Origin: Podarcis muralis | Lineage: Eukaryota | Direction of reading: 5' to 3' | DNA: 64,000 bases | Assembly (NCBI RefSeq): GCF_964188315.1 | Contig: NC_135660.1 | Location: 96,844,001-96,908,000, forward strand | In this document: piece by piece, positions 34,129-64,000 of the stretch | Position numbering within the stretch: the first letter of the stretch is position 1 | Layout: every line of letters starts with the position of its first letter | Notes under the pieces: model-generated | Told to the model about the DNA's origin: nothing | The model's database searches: none | The model's input: only the letters and a program-made list of their open reading frames with translations | Program-made: the position numbers and the translations under genes

Positions 34129-36468
34129 TGATTGGGAAAACTCAGGACACAGACATAGATAACACAAACTGCACACCAACCAGGACAGAGGAAGGTAAAC
34201 ACATGAAAAACCACACTCTCAAACCTGAGGCAATATATTGAATCAAAATAAAAGAAAATAACCCCCAAAGACAAGCCTCTTAAGACAGTAAGCTGGAACC
34301 AGTCACATGGCAGGCGCATTGTGGAAGCCTCCGAGGCCAAGCAGAGCGGGTATGCAACACTCGGGACTCATGGCAAAGCCAGGCCACAGCTTTCTATTGA
34401 CTCCCGAGGCAAGTGCGGTTGACGTGGCACTGGGTGGGGAGCTGTTAGCCACGAAGACTTCCGATCTTAAGCCCGACACACCATCCCAGCTTGCTTGGTT
34501 GGGGAACGCCATGGGAGCTGACCAGCAGAGCTGGGTCCCGCTGACAACCTGGGATGAGAGGCAACAGGCCCTGCCAAGCTCAGGCTGAGGACAGGCATGC
34601 CTCCACCCCGCCCGTTATGCTTTGATCCTACTCAATGCCATTTCTGCACAAGTTGTGGCAAACACTGGGAGAAAGGCAAAAACCTCTCAGCCAAAGGGGG
34701 CTGGTGGGAAGAGTTAAGAGTCAGTGCTGCACTTGTGCACCAACGGAGCCAACGGAATGGTCCTGCACAGCAACAATGGCCCACTGCTTTGCCACTCCAC
34801 TGTCGTGATGCCGTTCCTTCCCCACTGACCACAACTGTTTCAATAATCTGACAGGTGGTAGGCACAACACTGCAAGAACTGGGGACGGGGGACAAAGTGA
34901 TGCAAGAGGATTGTTTCTATCCATTAAACATTGCAATTTGGGTGATGAAAAATGAGGTTACAAGTAGGTTTTTTCTTTGCTTTTCCATGTTTATGATACA
35001 TGTATGTGGATAAATCATTTTTTAAAAAATGCAGCGCAGTCGGTAATATTTCTTTTGAAACACTTGTCAATACAAACGTTGGCAAGAGGTGTGCTGCTGG
35101 GAGTCTGCTCTCTAAAGCGGTCATAATCAAGTAATGCATACATAGGAAAACAGCAGGCCGGCCACGCTGAATTAAGATAAAACGGACCAAGGTTTATGAG
35201 CCAGCAATCGATGGATTCAGCATATCGGAAACAACAGAGTAACAGCTTCTACCTATTTTATAGGTTCACCCCCAAACCAGCATTTTCTGCTCTGACTACA
35301 TCAAAGTCTCTTATCATAAGATGTCAAGATTACTCCAAATTTGGGAAACTTACTGTGGATCAACAGCAAAGCCAAAATCTGGTAACCTGGCCCAAATCCT
35401 GCAACTGAATCCCTGCTGAGCGTGGAAGGTGAAAGTGCCGCTGGCAGAGATCCCTTTCCCACAGCCTTCCTCACCGCCAGGGCTGCCACCACGTACAAGA
35501 AGATCTCTGGATTGGGACCCATGGTGTGGGTGGGGAGAGACTGGGCTGTATCAAACTAAGTCAAGCTCAGACTATATCCACTGAAAGGAATGGTTTTGAG
35601 TTAGTCAGAGTCATTATTTTCAATGGGTTAATTCAGAGTATGACTCAGCTGGATACAATTCTATGATGTGGACGGTATTTACATGACCTTCAGAAAGCAA
35701 TCCTAAAGTACCCTCATACAGAAGTAGTGTACCTAATTAGATTAAGGGCAAGAAAACTGGCTATCTCACCCCAAGTCTCTTCCATCCTATTGTAAAAAAA
35801 CATTGGTGAAACCAAATTATCTACAATTCCATAATTGCATCTGCAGGATTAGACACTAGTAGACTTTTGAAATATTCTGACAGGGCCAACAAAATATTAG
35901 AATAGTAAACTCACCAATTTTATCCCTGCCCTTCTTTGTATTTTTTGGTTTATACCTAGAACAAAGTCTCCACAACCACCAATGGGAAACAATGAAATTT
36001 AGATTTCCCCCATAAAATCTCACATATAAAGTTCAAGTGCAATTCAAAATCCAAGTATTAGTTTATACTACACACTCCTTTATATCGTAACTCTTCTTTG
36101 CAGGTAGTTTCTTTGACCAGGTTCCTTCCTTGCTTAGAAGAAATCATTTTTCTCTTCTAGAAAAGGTGTAGAGATACGTTCTCTAAAACAAATGCTCTTC
36201 AAGAATAAACTAGTGCAGGAATAAATTTGGATCTTCAACTGGGTGCATTCTGGAATCCAAAATGATTTCTTCTTTGAAGTAAAAAAAAAAAATCCCATTC
36301 AAAATATTGGAGATTATAAAACATTATAGTTATTCTTCAATATACAATTTAAGATAAAGACTGCCAATGAGTCTTCAAAATAGCAAAAATGTTCCTACTG
36401 TTGAAGACAATACAATATTTGACAGGAACGCAACAGAACAATTTTTTCTTTTGAAAAGCACTAGGAAT

Positions 36469-54501
<18,033 letters not shown>

Positions 54502-57228
54502 CTTGATTTGGAACAGAAGGGGGAGATGATGTGAGAAACTGTGCATTTAACATCTAAGTTCAAAATAATCAACGTACCTCAGTAACCTATCCATAAGGAT
54601 CAATACAAGTCGAGGACAAGACATGCAACACAGTTTTTTGCTGCCTGCAGGAAAAGCTTGCACATGCCTCCCACATGCCAACCAACAGTGCATGTTTTGC
54701 CTTTGCATTCCCAGGTATGAAAAAGCTCACATGAAACAGTCCTTAGTTAATTACAAAGCTGAAACCATGTCTTGCTGCTGCAATCCCCATTTTGCCCACA
54801 GGGTGTCACCACTGAATTTCAGTGCATCAGGAGTGAAATGTCTTTCAGGCAGCAGTTTGTACTTGTGGGTTTCAGAAGGAGAACCAACGCAATTTCTCTC
54901 TCCTTTGCAATAGTCCTCACTAAGGCAACCCCACGGCCCGTATGCATTCAGGGCGCTGATATTATAAACTGTGCTGTCCAATGTGTTTCAGACACATTCT
55001 GAATTTCTGGCTTACTCAATTTTATATGCTTTTGTGTGCATATGATTTTGTGTATTTTATTGGTTTTAGATTTCGTTTGAATGATATGTGGTTTTTCAAA
55101 TTGTACAATGCTTAGAGATTTATGCTAATAACTAAATAAATAAGTCCCAAACACTTTTGGGAATTAATATGCCCTTTATAAGCTAGGATCTTCTGACAGA
55201 CATTCCATACCTACAAAAATATCAACAGCATCACTGCTATATTTATTACGTGAGCAAAATAATAACATTAACTGCATGTCACACACACTAAAATTTTAAT
55301 TAGTGTATATAGCTTTAAAGAAAATTGGTCTTTTCAGAATTATTATTGATTAGTCATTAATATTTATTCCACTTATTAGTCACTCTTCTTCTTTTTTACA
55401 AAAAAGTCTCAGTGTGACTTACAAAAAAAGGAGCTGTAAAATTTACATAAATTACTGTGGAATCACGCTACATAATGACGACTCTGAAGTCTCAGGAATC
55501 TTAAAAATTACATTTATAGCTTCCATTGATACTGATGTATATAATGTCTGCACAGGAGATTTTAGAGTTGACATTGTGCAAAGTGTCAGGCAGGCATTGG
55601 TGCACAAGGTTTAACCATCACGGAGAACATCTTTTGCAAGCACAAAGCACCTGTTGGATTCAGCTATTATGCTATGCCAAGAAGGAGGGTCCTGCTAGCA
55701 GAGGACCTGGTTGTTGCACAGGAGGGCGGCTGCAGCTGGGTTCCTGGGCTGCTGCCACAACAAGTCTTGAAGTATTAGGATTATTCTAGCTCTGTCAAAA
55801 CTCTTGTCGTTTAGACTGCCCAGAGCAAGTTAGAATGATGGGACTTCTCAGAGAGCAGCACAAATCCAGCAGTTCCTGAATAATACAATTGTCCAGCTAG
55901 ATCTATACATCCTTAATATACGTATCTAAAGATCACTGAGTTTTAGAGAATGGAAAATCCTTTCTAAAGTAACTGGTCTAGTCAGTAGCTCGGAACTCTT
56001 TGGTCCTGGCATATGAGTGTGAAGGAAATGAGAGAGACAAGGAAAAGGCTCCATCAAATGTACCTCTGTGCTCCAGCGATGAGTCTCTTTGTAAGCCAGT
56101 GTGGTTTTAGTACCTAGATTACATCCATGTATATGTACTTGTCTAATACATTTGTCTAATACTAGTTTACATCCGATGATATGCACTGACAATTATTAAG
56201 ACAACGAGGGCATTAAAAGAAGCATGCAAAGAACAAAGAGGCATTCTATTAGCTTTACACGAAAATGCTTTGGCTCATATTATGTCTCCTGGGCCCCATC
56301 CTTTTTATGGTGCATTCATACTCAAACAGCTGCATTTCCAGTCAGTGAATATCTTGTAATGTCCTACTAAAATCCCATAATTTTAAATACACAAGAAGTT
56401 CTGGGGGTTTTCTGTCCTGCTTTTATTGTGCAATAGCTCCTCCAGGGAGCACAACATGTAGCAGCATGATGGAAGAATCGAAAGGCAATCAATAAAGCTG
56501 ATGAAATCTACCACTAGTGCACAAATACTGCGTCAAAAGTATCTTGCAGAATACCCTCGCGACAGAACAGCAGCCTGGAGGGCCCCAGGTACGGCTATGC
56601 AGAAAATGCAGAACACCAGGTAATCTCCCCTCTACAGAATCACCAGTCCGTTGTGAAATTCAGCACTGGCCGTAGAAAAGAGAAAACTATTTCAGCCACT
56701 TGTTCTGCAGAAAGGGAAGCTTCTTGTGTGGGAATGGCAGGACACTGGACTCTCTCTTCCAGCCCTCTTCAGATACACGCTCTCAGTCAACTGCTGATTT
56801 CAAGCAGCTCTTTGATTTAGTCGGGAATTTGATTGTCAGTTTATAACGCTGCTAGGCTCCCCTCTCTCCTCGTTTACCCTGCTTAAGTTCTGCAAACAAC
56901 GGGGCTCAAGTTATCATGCTCCTGGTATGTGAGGACTGCTGGTGTATTTGACTTCACCAAAGTTACTGGAATGGATGTTCGGCAGTTGCTGAACATTTAT
57001 TTGTGCAATCTGCCAATCCTGGGCAAAAAGAATTTGAACAAACATGTTGTATGGCATAAGAGGCGGACAGTCTATGGTGGTAAATGACAAGTGTGGCTTT
57101 AAGACAACATTTGTGGCCTATGTCCAGGATCTTTGACTACGTGATCCTGTTAGATCTTACTGGAGCCTTTGACTCCAGTTTGGCAAGCAGCAACCACGCA
57201 CCACCAGGGGCATGACTGGAGACCCTAA

Positions 57229-57535
57229 AGGTAAAGGTACCCCTGACTCTGGGGTTGCATGCTCATCTCGCTCTATAGGCCGAGGGAGCCGGCACTTGTC
57301 CGCAGACAGCTTCCGGGTCATGTGGCCAGCATGACTAAGCCGCTTCTGGCGAACCAGAGCTGTGCACGGAAACGCCGTTTACCTTCCTGCCGGAGCGGTA
57401 TCTATTTATCTACTTGCACCTTGGCGTGGTTTTGAGCTGCTAGGTTGGCAGGCGCTGGGACCGAGCAACGGGAGCTCACCCCGTCACAGGGATTCAAACC
57501 GCCGGCCTTCCAATCGGCAAGCCCTAGGCTCCCTG
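57229..57535 (-). mobile_element. Sauria SINE, 5'-truncated with a small internal deletion
   Basis: 13-bp TSD ctggagaccctaa (57216-57228 / 57536-57548). Confidence 0.88.
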
Positions 57536-57794
57536 CTGGAGACCCTAACTGTTACTAAATGGTATTATCCAGTCTATGACAAAAGCACATCTAGGAGAGG
57601 TATTACTTCTGACGGGGGGTGTGCAGGTTCTGAAAGGAGTCAGTTCAGAGCTTAGAATGAGCCTATTGGGATTGGGGGGAAAGTGCTGCCCATCATATCC
57701 CATGCTAGCTTTCACAAAGCACTCTGGAGCATCTGTGGCTACAAGCAAATGCTCTAAGCGTTGTGTTTCCCAACATGCCCCTCCTCTGCCCTGA

Positions 57795-59250
57795 GATGAT
57801 GATGATAATAATAATAATAATAGTAATAATAATAATAATTTCTTATTTATATCCCGCCCATCTGGCTGGGCCTCACCTGCCACTCCGGGCGGCTTCCAAC
57901 AAAACAGCACAATAGTCCTTCAGATATTAAAAGCTTCCCTAAACAGGGCTCCCTTCACATGTCCCCTTAAAGTCTGGTAGTCATTTTTTCCTTTGACATC
58001 TGATGGGAAGGCGTTCCACAGGGTGGGCGCCACTAACGAGAAGGCCCCCTGCCTGGTTCCCTGTAACTTGGCTTCTCGCAGGGAGGGAACCACCAGAAGG
58101 CCCTTGGCACTGGACCTCAGTGTCCGGGCAGAACGATGGGGTGGAGACGCTCCTTCAGATATACTGGACCAAGGCCGTTTAGGGCTTTAAAGGTCAGCAC
58201 CAACACTTTGAATTGCGATTGGAAACGTACTGGGAGCCAATGTAGGTCTTTCAAGACCGGTGTTATGTGGTCTTGGCGGCAGCTCCCAGTCACCAGTCTA
58301 GCTGCTGCATTCTGGATTAGTTGTGGTTTCCGGGTCACCTTCAAAGGTAGCCCCACATAGAGCGCATTGCAGTATTCCAAGTGAGAGATAACCAGAGCAT
58401 GCACCACTCTGGCGAGACAGTCTGCAGGCAGATAGGGTCTCAGCCTGCGTACCAGATGGAGCTGGTAAACAGCTGCCCTGGACACAGAATTGACCTGCGC
58501 CTCCATGGACAGCTGCGAGTCCAGAATGACTCCCAGGCTGCACAGCTGGTCCTTCAGGGGCACAGTTACCCCATTCAGGACCAGGGAGTCCTCCACACCA
58601 GCCTGCCCCCTGTCCCCCAAAAACAGTACTTCTGTCTTGTCAGGATTCAACCTCAATCTGTTAGCCGCCATCCATCCTCCAACCGCCTCCAGACACTCAC
58701 ACAGGACCTTCACTGCCTTCACTGGTTCTGATTTGAAAGAGAGATAGAGCTGGGTATCATCTGCATATGGATGAACACCCAGTCCAAAACCCCTGATGAT
58801 CTCTCCCAGCGGCTGCATGTAGATGTTGAAAAGCATGGGGGAGAGGACGGAACCCTGAGTCACCCCACAAGTGAGAGCCCAGGGGTCTGAACACTCATCT
58901 CCCAACACCACTTTCTGGACACGGCCCAGGAGGAAGGAGCGGAACCACTGTATGACAGTGCCCCCAGCTTCCAGCCCCTCTAGACGGTCCAGAAGGATGT
59001 TATGGTCAATGGTATCAAAAGCCGCTAGGAAACAGCTCTCACCTTTGTCCCTAGCCCTCCGGAGATCATCAACCAGCGCGACCAAGGCAATTTCAGTCCC
59101 ATGGTGAGGCCTGAATCCAGACTAGAAGGGATCCAAATGGTCCGCATCTTCCAGGCGTGCTTGGAGTTGTTCAGCAACCACTCGCTCAATCACCTTGCCC
59201 AAGAATGGTAGATTTGAGACTGGGCGATGCCTCCCCTCTTCCAGTCTCTA
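57795..59250 (-). mobile_element. 5'-truncated L2 LINE with an RT domain (decayed)
   Basis: AAFDTIDH, GVTQGSVLSPMLFNIYM, YADDTQLY and DHITPVLKDLHWLP motifs; in-frame stop near 59110; (TAA)n tail at 57795-57840. Confidence 0.92.
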
Positions 59251-60313
59251 ATGGTGATGACACAGATGACAAGCCTCCCAGCTTGTACCTATGGGGTTGG
59301 ATCATGTCCTCAATTCCTACTACACTTAAGACTACTGAAAACTAGTGATGGGTTATGACCATACCAAATTCTGAGATGCAATTCTGAACCTTTTGTCAAA
59401 GAGGAGGATATTATGTCAGATGGGTGGTTGGCAGAGGTTCTCTACACAACAGAAAGGAAAGTATATTGCAAGGACAGAGGCAGTTCTTGCACATTTCTCT
59501 ATGTGGCTGGGCCGTAGCCATGAACTAGAGGGTAGAATTCATTTTTCATGCCCATCCAAGTACATGACCTTGAACCTTTTACTGAAGCTTTCAAAATTTC
59601 CAATTGCAGCAACACTAAATTATGCTGGTGGTTTTGGTGATGTGGACACTTTCCTGCTTGTGGACTGAGAGCTCAGGCCACAACGCAGCCATCAGACAGT
59701 AATGATTTTTGGCCAGTCCCAAAACTTGTCTGGAGTCCCACCACTGTCTCAAAAGTGAAAGGCCCTCTGTTCCTGATGTTAGCCTCTCCGTTTAGCACCT
59801 TGCACACCATTTGTGATTCACAGCTTACCACTGTGGATTGAGACAAAGACAGTGTGAGCAAATGTAAATCTAGACTTTTGGGTTGCCTTATCAGTTACCA
59901 CAAACTGTCGTGGCTGCAGATACATCAATAAGTCCCCAGCAGGGCCAAAGTAGACATTTCTGTGCCAGTGCTATACCCTCCACCCCCTTCTTTTTGGCAA
60001 ACTGCTAATCTCAAACATCTTTGGAAATCAGCAACATGGAAACAACTATGGCTACTTGTGGTGAACCAACACACACCCCTCTATCCTTGGCTGGTCTGCC
60101 TACTTACTAGGTGGGCTCTCTTTAGCCTGTGATGCCCCCCACACCCCCAGACAACTACAGCTGCCGCTGTACCTTAATTAAACCAACAAAACAACAAAAA
60201 GTTGGAAACTTTCTCCTTATTCCCAGACTTGATGCCATCTTTTCACATTCCTCCTCCTTTTCTTCATTTAACACAGAATAAAAAAAAAGTTCGATTGAGT
60301 TCAATGGAGGTTA

Positions 60314-60668
60314 AAGGTAAAGGGACCCCTAACCATTAGGTCCAGTCGTGGCCGACTCTGGGGTTGCGGCGCTCATCTCGCTTTATTGGTAGAGAGAGAC
60401 AGCGTACAGCTTCCGGGTCATGTGGCCAGCATGACTAAGCCACTTCTGGCGAACCAGAGCAGCGCACGGAAACGCTGTTTACCTTCCCGCCGGAGCGGTA
60501 CCTATTTATCTACTTGCACTTTGACATGCTTTCGAACTGCTAGGTTGGCAGGAGCAGGGACCGAGCAACGGGAGCTCACCCCGTCATTGCGGGGATTCGA
60601 ACCGCCGATCTTCTGATCGGCAAGTCCTAGGATCTGTGGTTTAACCCACAGCGCCACCCGTGTCCCGC
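60314..60668 (-). mobile_element. Sauria SINE, full length (subfamily A)
   Basis: TSD tcaatggag(g/a)tta (60301-60313 / 60669-60681). Confidence 0.9.
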
Positions 60669-60790
60669 TCAATGGAGATTACCGTCAATCAAATAGACCT
60701 AAGGCTTGCCCAGCAATTGTTAAATTTCTATACTGCCCTTCACCCGAGGATCACAGGGAGGTTTATGATATAAAAACACAAAAGTACATA

Positions 60791-60960
60791 CCGTATTTTT
60801 TGCACCACAACACTCACTTTTTTCCCTCCTAGAAAGTAAGGGGAAATGTCTATGCGTGTTATGGAGGGAATGCCTATGGGTGGCATGCCTACGGATTTTC
60901 CTCTTCTAAAAACTACGTGCGTGTTATGGTCGGGTGCGTGTTATAGAGCGAAAAATACGG
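60791..60960. mobile_element. Tc1/mariner-type MITE (CCGTATTTTT termini)
   Basis: TA-ccgtatttttt ... aaaaatacgg-TA. Confidence 0.8.
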
Positions 60961-61092
60961 TAATACAAAAATACTCACTTTACATACAATACTCACTTTA
61001 CATACAATTGAGACAGGTCACTGCCTAAAGTCACCTGTTATGCACTATTTTGGCTCAGTGCCAGATTTACACAGCCAGAAGCTAACGAACTA

Positions 61093-61307
61093 CAGTGGTA
61101 CCTCGGGTTACAGACGCTTCAGGTTACAGACTCCAATAACCCAGAAATAGTACCTCGGGTTAAGAACTTTGCTTCAGGATGAGAACAGAAATCGTGCGGT
61201 GGCAGCGGAAGGCCCCATTAGCTAATGTGGTACCTCAGGTTAAGAACAGTTTCAGGTTAAGAACCGACCTCCAGAACGAATTAAGTTCTTAACCCAAGGT
61301 ACCACTG
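61093..61307 (-). mobile_element. Tigger-like MITE (about 220 bp family)
   Basis: TA-flanked, TIRs cagtggtacctcgggtta / taacccaaggtaccactg. Confidence 0.88.
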
Positions 61308-64000
61308 TAGCTGCTTTCTTGTATCTCCAATCCCTGCTGGATCAATTGCTGCAATAACACCCTCTACCCATTTGCAGTGCAGTGCAGTGCAACAGAAAAT
61401 GCGCTGGCAGTTTCCTCAGTGTATAAGCTGCCATAGTAGCACAAGGAGTTAGGCACTTGCCCCCATAACCAGTGGAAGTTCTAGGCCTAATAGACAAAAT
61501 AAAAACCAACAAATTGCTGGGTCTGGTGGATTATAAAAAAAGAGAAATAACAAATGCACCTTTTTATTGGCAGGCAAGTTAATTTCTGCATCTATTAATT
61601 GTACTTCCTTTGTTTAAAAAAACTTTTTAAAATAAAAGTTTCTTACATAATCAAGCTTTTTTTAAATAAAAAAACATAAAATATATTATTTTTTCTCACA
61701 ATAAATGAAATTCTAATGGACAGCCATAAAGAGATGAGGCATTCATCCCTTTGACAGGATGTGTCTTTTAATTCAGTTCAATCTACAGCGAAAGAGCTAT
61801 TAGTGCAGAGGTGGGAAGCCTCAGATCTGTGGGCCAAATCTGGCCCTGCAGACTTCTCTGTTTGGTCCTTGGGACTCCCCTAGGGTCACAAACCCTCACC
61901 AGGTCACAACTCTCCCTAGCTTGCTCCACACCCCTTTTGTGGTTCTGCTTGGCTACCATACACCCTCGACCGCTGTCACCCATCCAAGCAAGCTTTATCC
62001 AAGAAGGATATGCAAGTGTGTGTATAACACAGCCAACAGTGGGAATGTAAAATTCACATTCATTGCCCACTTTTGCCTTTTCCTCAGCCCCACTCTGCAT
62101 GGAATGTGGCCCCCTGAAGACTGCCTGGAAGAGAAAGTGGCCCTCTTTCCCTAAACATGTGAAGGGAAAAAGGGGGAATTTTTGGTGTATGTGCATAACG
62201 CAGGGAAACACTTGGTGCCCTGCGCTGCCAAAGAAAGAAGCATTGCAAGCCATTGAAGAGCTCCTTGCCTTGCCCTATTCTGAATAGGATAGGACTGGAC
62301 AATCCATACTTTGCCAAGTTAAAATGTGGCCTCAACACCCTTCTCATCCTATTCATTTTCAAGAAGAGACATACCACAACAGAAAACCTTTAAGACTTTG
62401 TGTATGTGTGTAAGACAAATGAATTGCTACATACTGATTTCTTTGTCATACACCTCCATAGCCATTAAATCCAGCCTTGATTTCTAGGAGGGCTGAACTA
62501 GTGTGAAGCGTGGCAGCTGCAATGGCCAAAACCAAATTCAATAAGTAAGCTGCATACCAGAACACTTTGATTTAGGGTCATTTTGTTGTTGCTTACAGAA
62601 GCCTCTAAATACCATTACCAATTAGGTGAAACCAAGAGTATACTCACCTAGACCCCATTTAAAAAAAGGAAATGGCATAGGAGAACAATTTGACACTCTT
62701 GACCATCATTTACAAAGAATCCAATTACAAGCCTACAACACCTATAGGGCCAGCCCATCATTTTCCTTTCAGCTGCTTGATTTGGCAGCTGGTTCTCAGT
62801 TTCACGCAGAAAACATCCAGACGTTCCCTGCCTCTCTTCTCCCTTGGTTGCAACAAATAGTAGCAGGGCCCAGATTTGGTGGCCCCTGCTGCTGCACCAA
62901 ACCCCACAGAGGCCTTCCAGAGGTCACAATGGTGGTCTTAGTCTAACACTCTGCCCAGTGTACTATACTGGCTTGTCTATATGGCCAAAACAACAGACTG
63001 ACAAAACTATCTGAAATTACAAAAACACATCTTAATTTTTTAAAGCAGAGTCCAGCTAGAATGCTCTTCAGTGATGTGACCAGAATTGTTTAATTTTTCT
63101 GCTTTAGCAAAATAATGATCATGACTGCTATTTATTCTGCTAATTATTCATTTCCTACTGACTGCTAACATCGTTTAGCCAAGGGCTTCATCAAGAATAA
63201 CTAATGAGAACAATAACAAGGTTCTGGTAAGGATCAGTAATTAAGGATCAGTAAAACCAGCTTGCCATCTGAGTTTATTTAGTCCAGTTATTACTGGGGC
63301 TGAAGGAAGCAGACTTATTCACTGGGAAAGAGAGGAAATGAACCCTTGTGCTTTAGAAAGCACAGAGCGAGAAAGCACGAGGAGTCTGCTGACAGAATCC
63401 CAGCCTAGGACCAGAGTTTGTCTGAGGAATTAAACCCAGAGCAAGTCCACATACTGTGAACCCGAAGCCTACAAGCACATCCAACTGTCTTTGCAGAACA
63501 ATATTGAGGGGACGCCAGGCAGAGGATGGTAAGCCCCAGGACAGGCAGATAGGGGAGTCCAATCAAGGGGATTAGAGGGGGCCGACAGGGATGGAGAGCC
63601 GAAGAGTAGCCTCTAGTCTAAAGATCTGAATCAGAAGTCTCACTGCCAGAGATGCATGGACTTCCAGGCAGCTGGATTCTTCGGGAAGGTTACCAAATTG
63701 GCCTTGCAACCAATCAGGCTGTAATCGTTCAAAAGAAAATGAGGTCTTTTTTTGCTTCAAGAATCTTTGGGCATACCTTCCCAGGAATCAGTCGGTGAGG
63801 AGAGAGCTGCAACTGGAACTTGAAGTGAAAATTCATTTGAAACGTAATTAGTGGGGTTTGGGGAGGGAACTTCTGTAGCATCAGGTGTGGTAGGTGGGCA
63901 CTCTCTTTTTGTCAGTTTGACAGCTTCCCTGCCTCCTAAAGGAAGGAGGACTCTCTGACCCAGCCAAGCATGAAGACTGGGATTTGGGTATGGTGCTCCT

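Noticed and set aside
60970-63254. Short tandem duplications (18 bp at 60970-61005, 13 bp at 63228-63254; also 10 bp near 3552)
   Set aside because: Ordinary slippage products with no associated structure.
54560-64000. Further SCUBE1 EGF exons (7-8), including the ORF at 59673-59861
   Set aside because: No six-cysteine EGF pattern or NNGGC motif found on the minus strand; the region is treated as one long intron.

Overview
Vertebrate genomic DNA from a squamate, most likely a lacertid lizard. This is inferred from the repeat content: Sauria SINEs, BovB, CR1, L2, L1, and hAT and Tc1/mariner MITEs. Two spliced genes lie in tandem on the minus strand, in the same order as on human 22q13. TTLL12 has coding exons 1-12 at 21296->898 with a CpG-island promoter at about 20.75-21.7 kb; its last two expected exons must lie left of the window. 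SCUBE1 has exons equivalent to human 9-22 at 54501->36469; its 5' exons lie right of the window. All 26 exons were checked by hand for splice dinucleotides and phase, and one donor is GC. The rest is intron or intergenic DNA rich in transposons. There is no CRISPR, rRNA or intact tRNA. Best leads: (1) a CpG-rich, first-exon-like module of an unidentified gene bounded by a hAT transposon end inside TTLL12 intron 12, a candidate gene-fragment capture (1-638); (2) a LINE insertion at 48.6-48.9 kb whose 5' junction carries a 20-nt patch identical to an inverted sequence 12.4 kb away; (3) a perfect 95-bp palindrome and stacked hairpins inside MITEs; (4) an internal-only L1 RT fragment with an open reading frame; (5) a TA target rule shared by all 8 SINE TSDs. 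Human exon numbering and repeat family names come from memory of those families, not from database searches.
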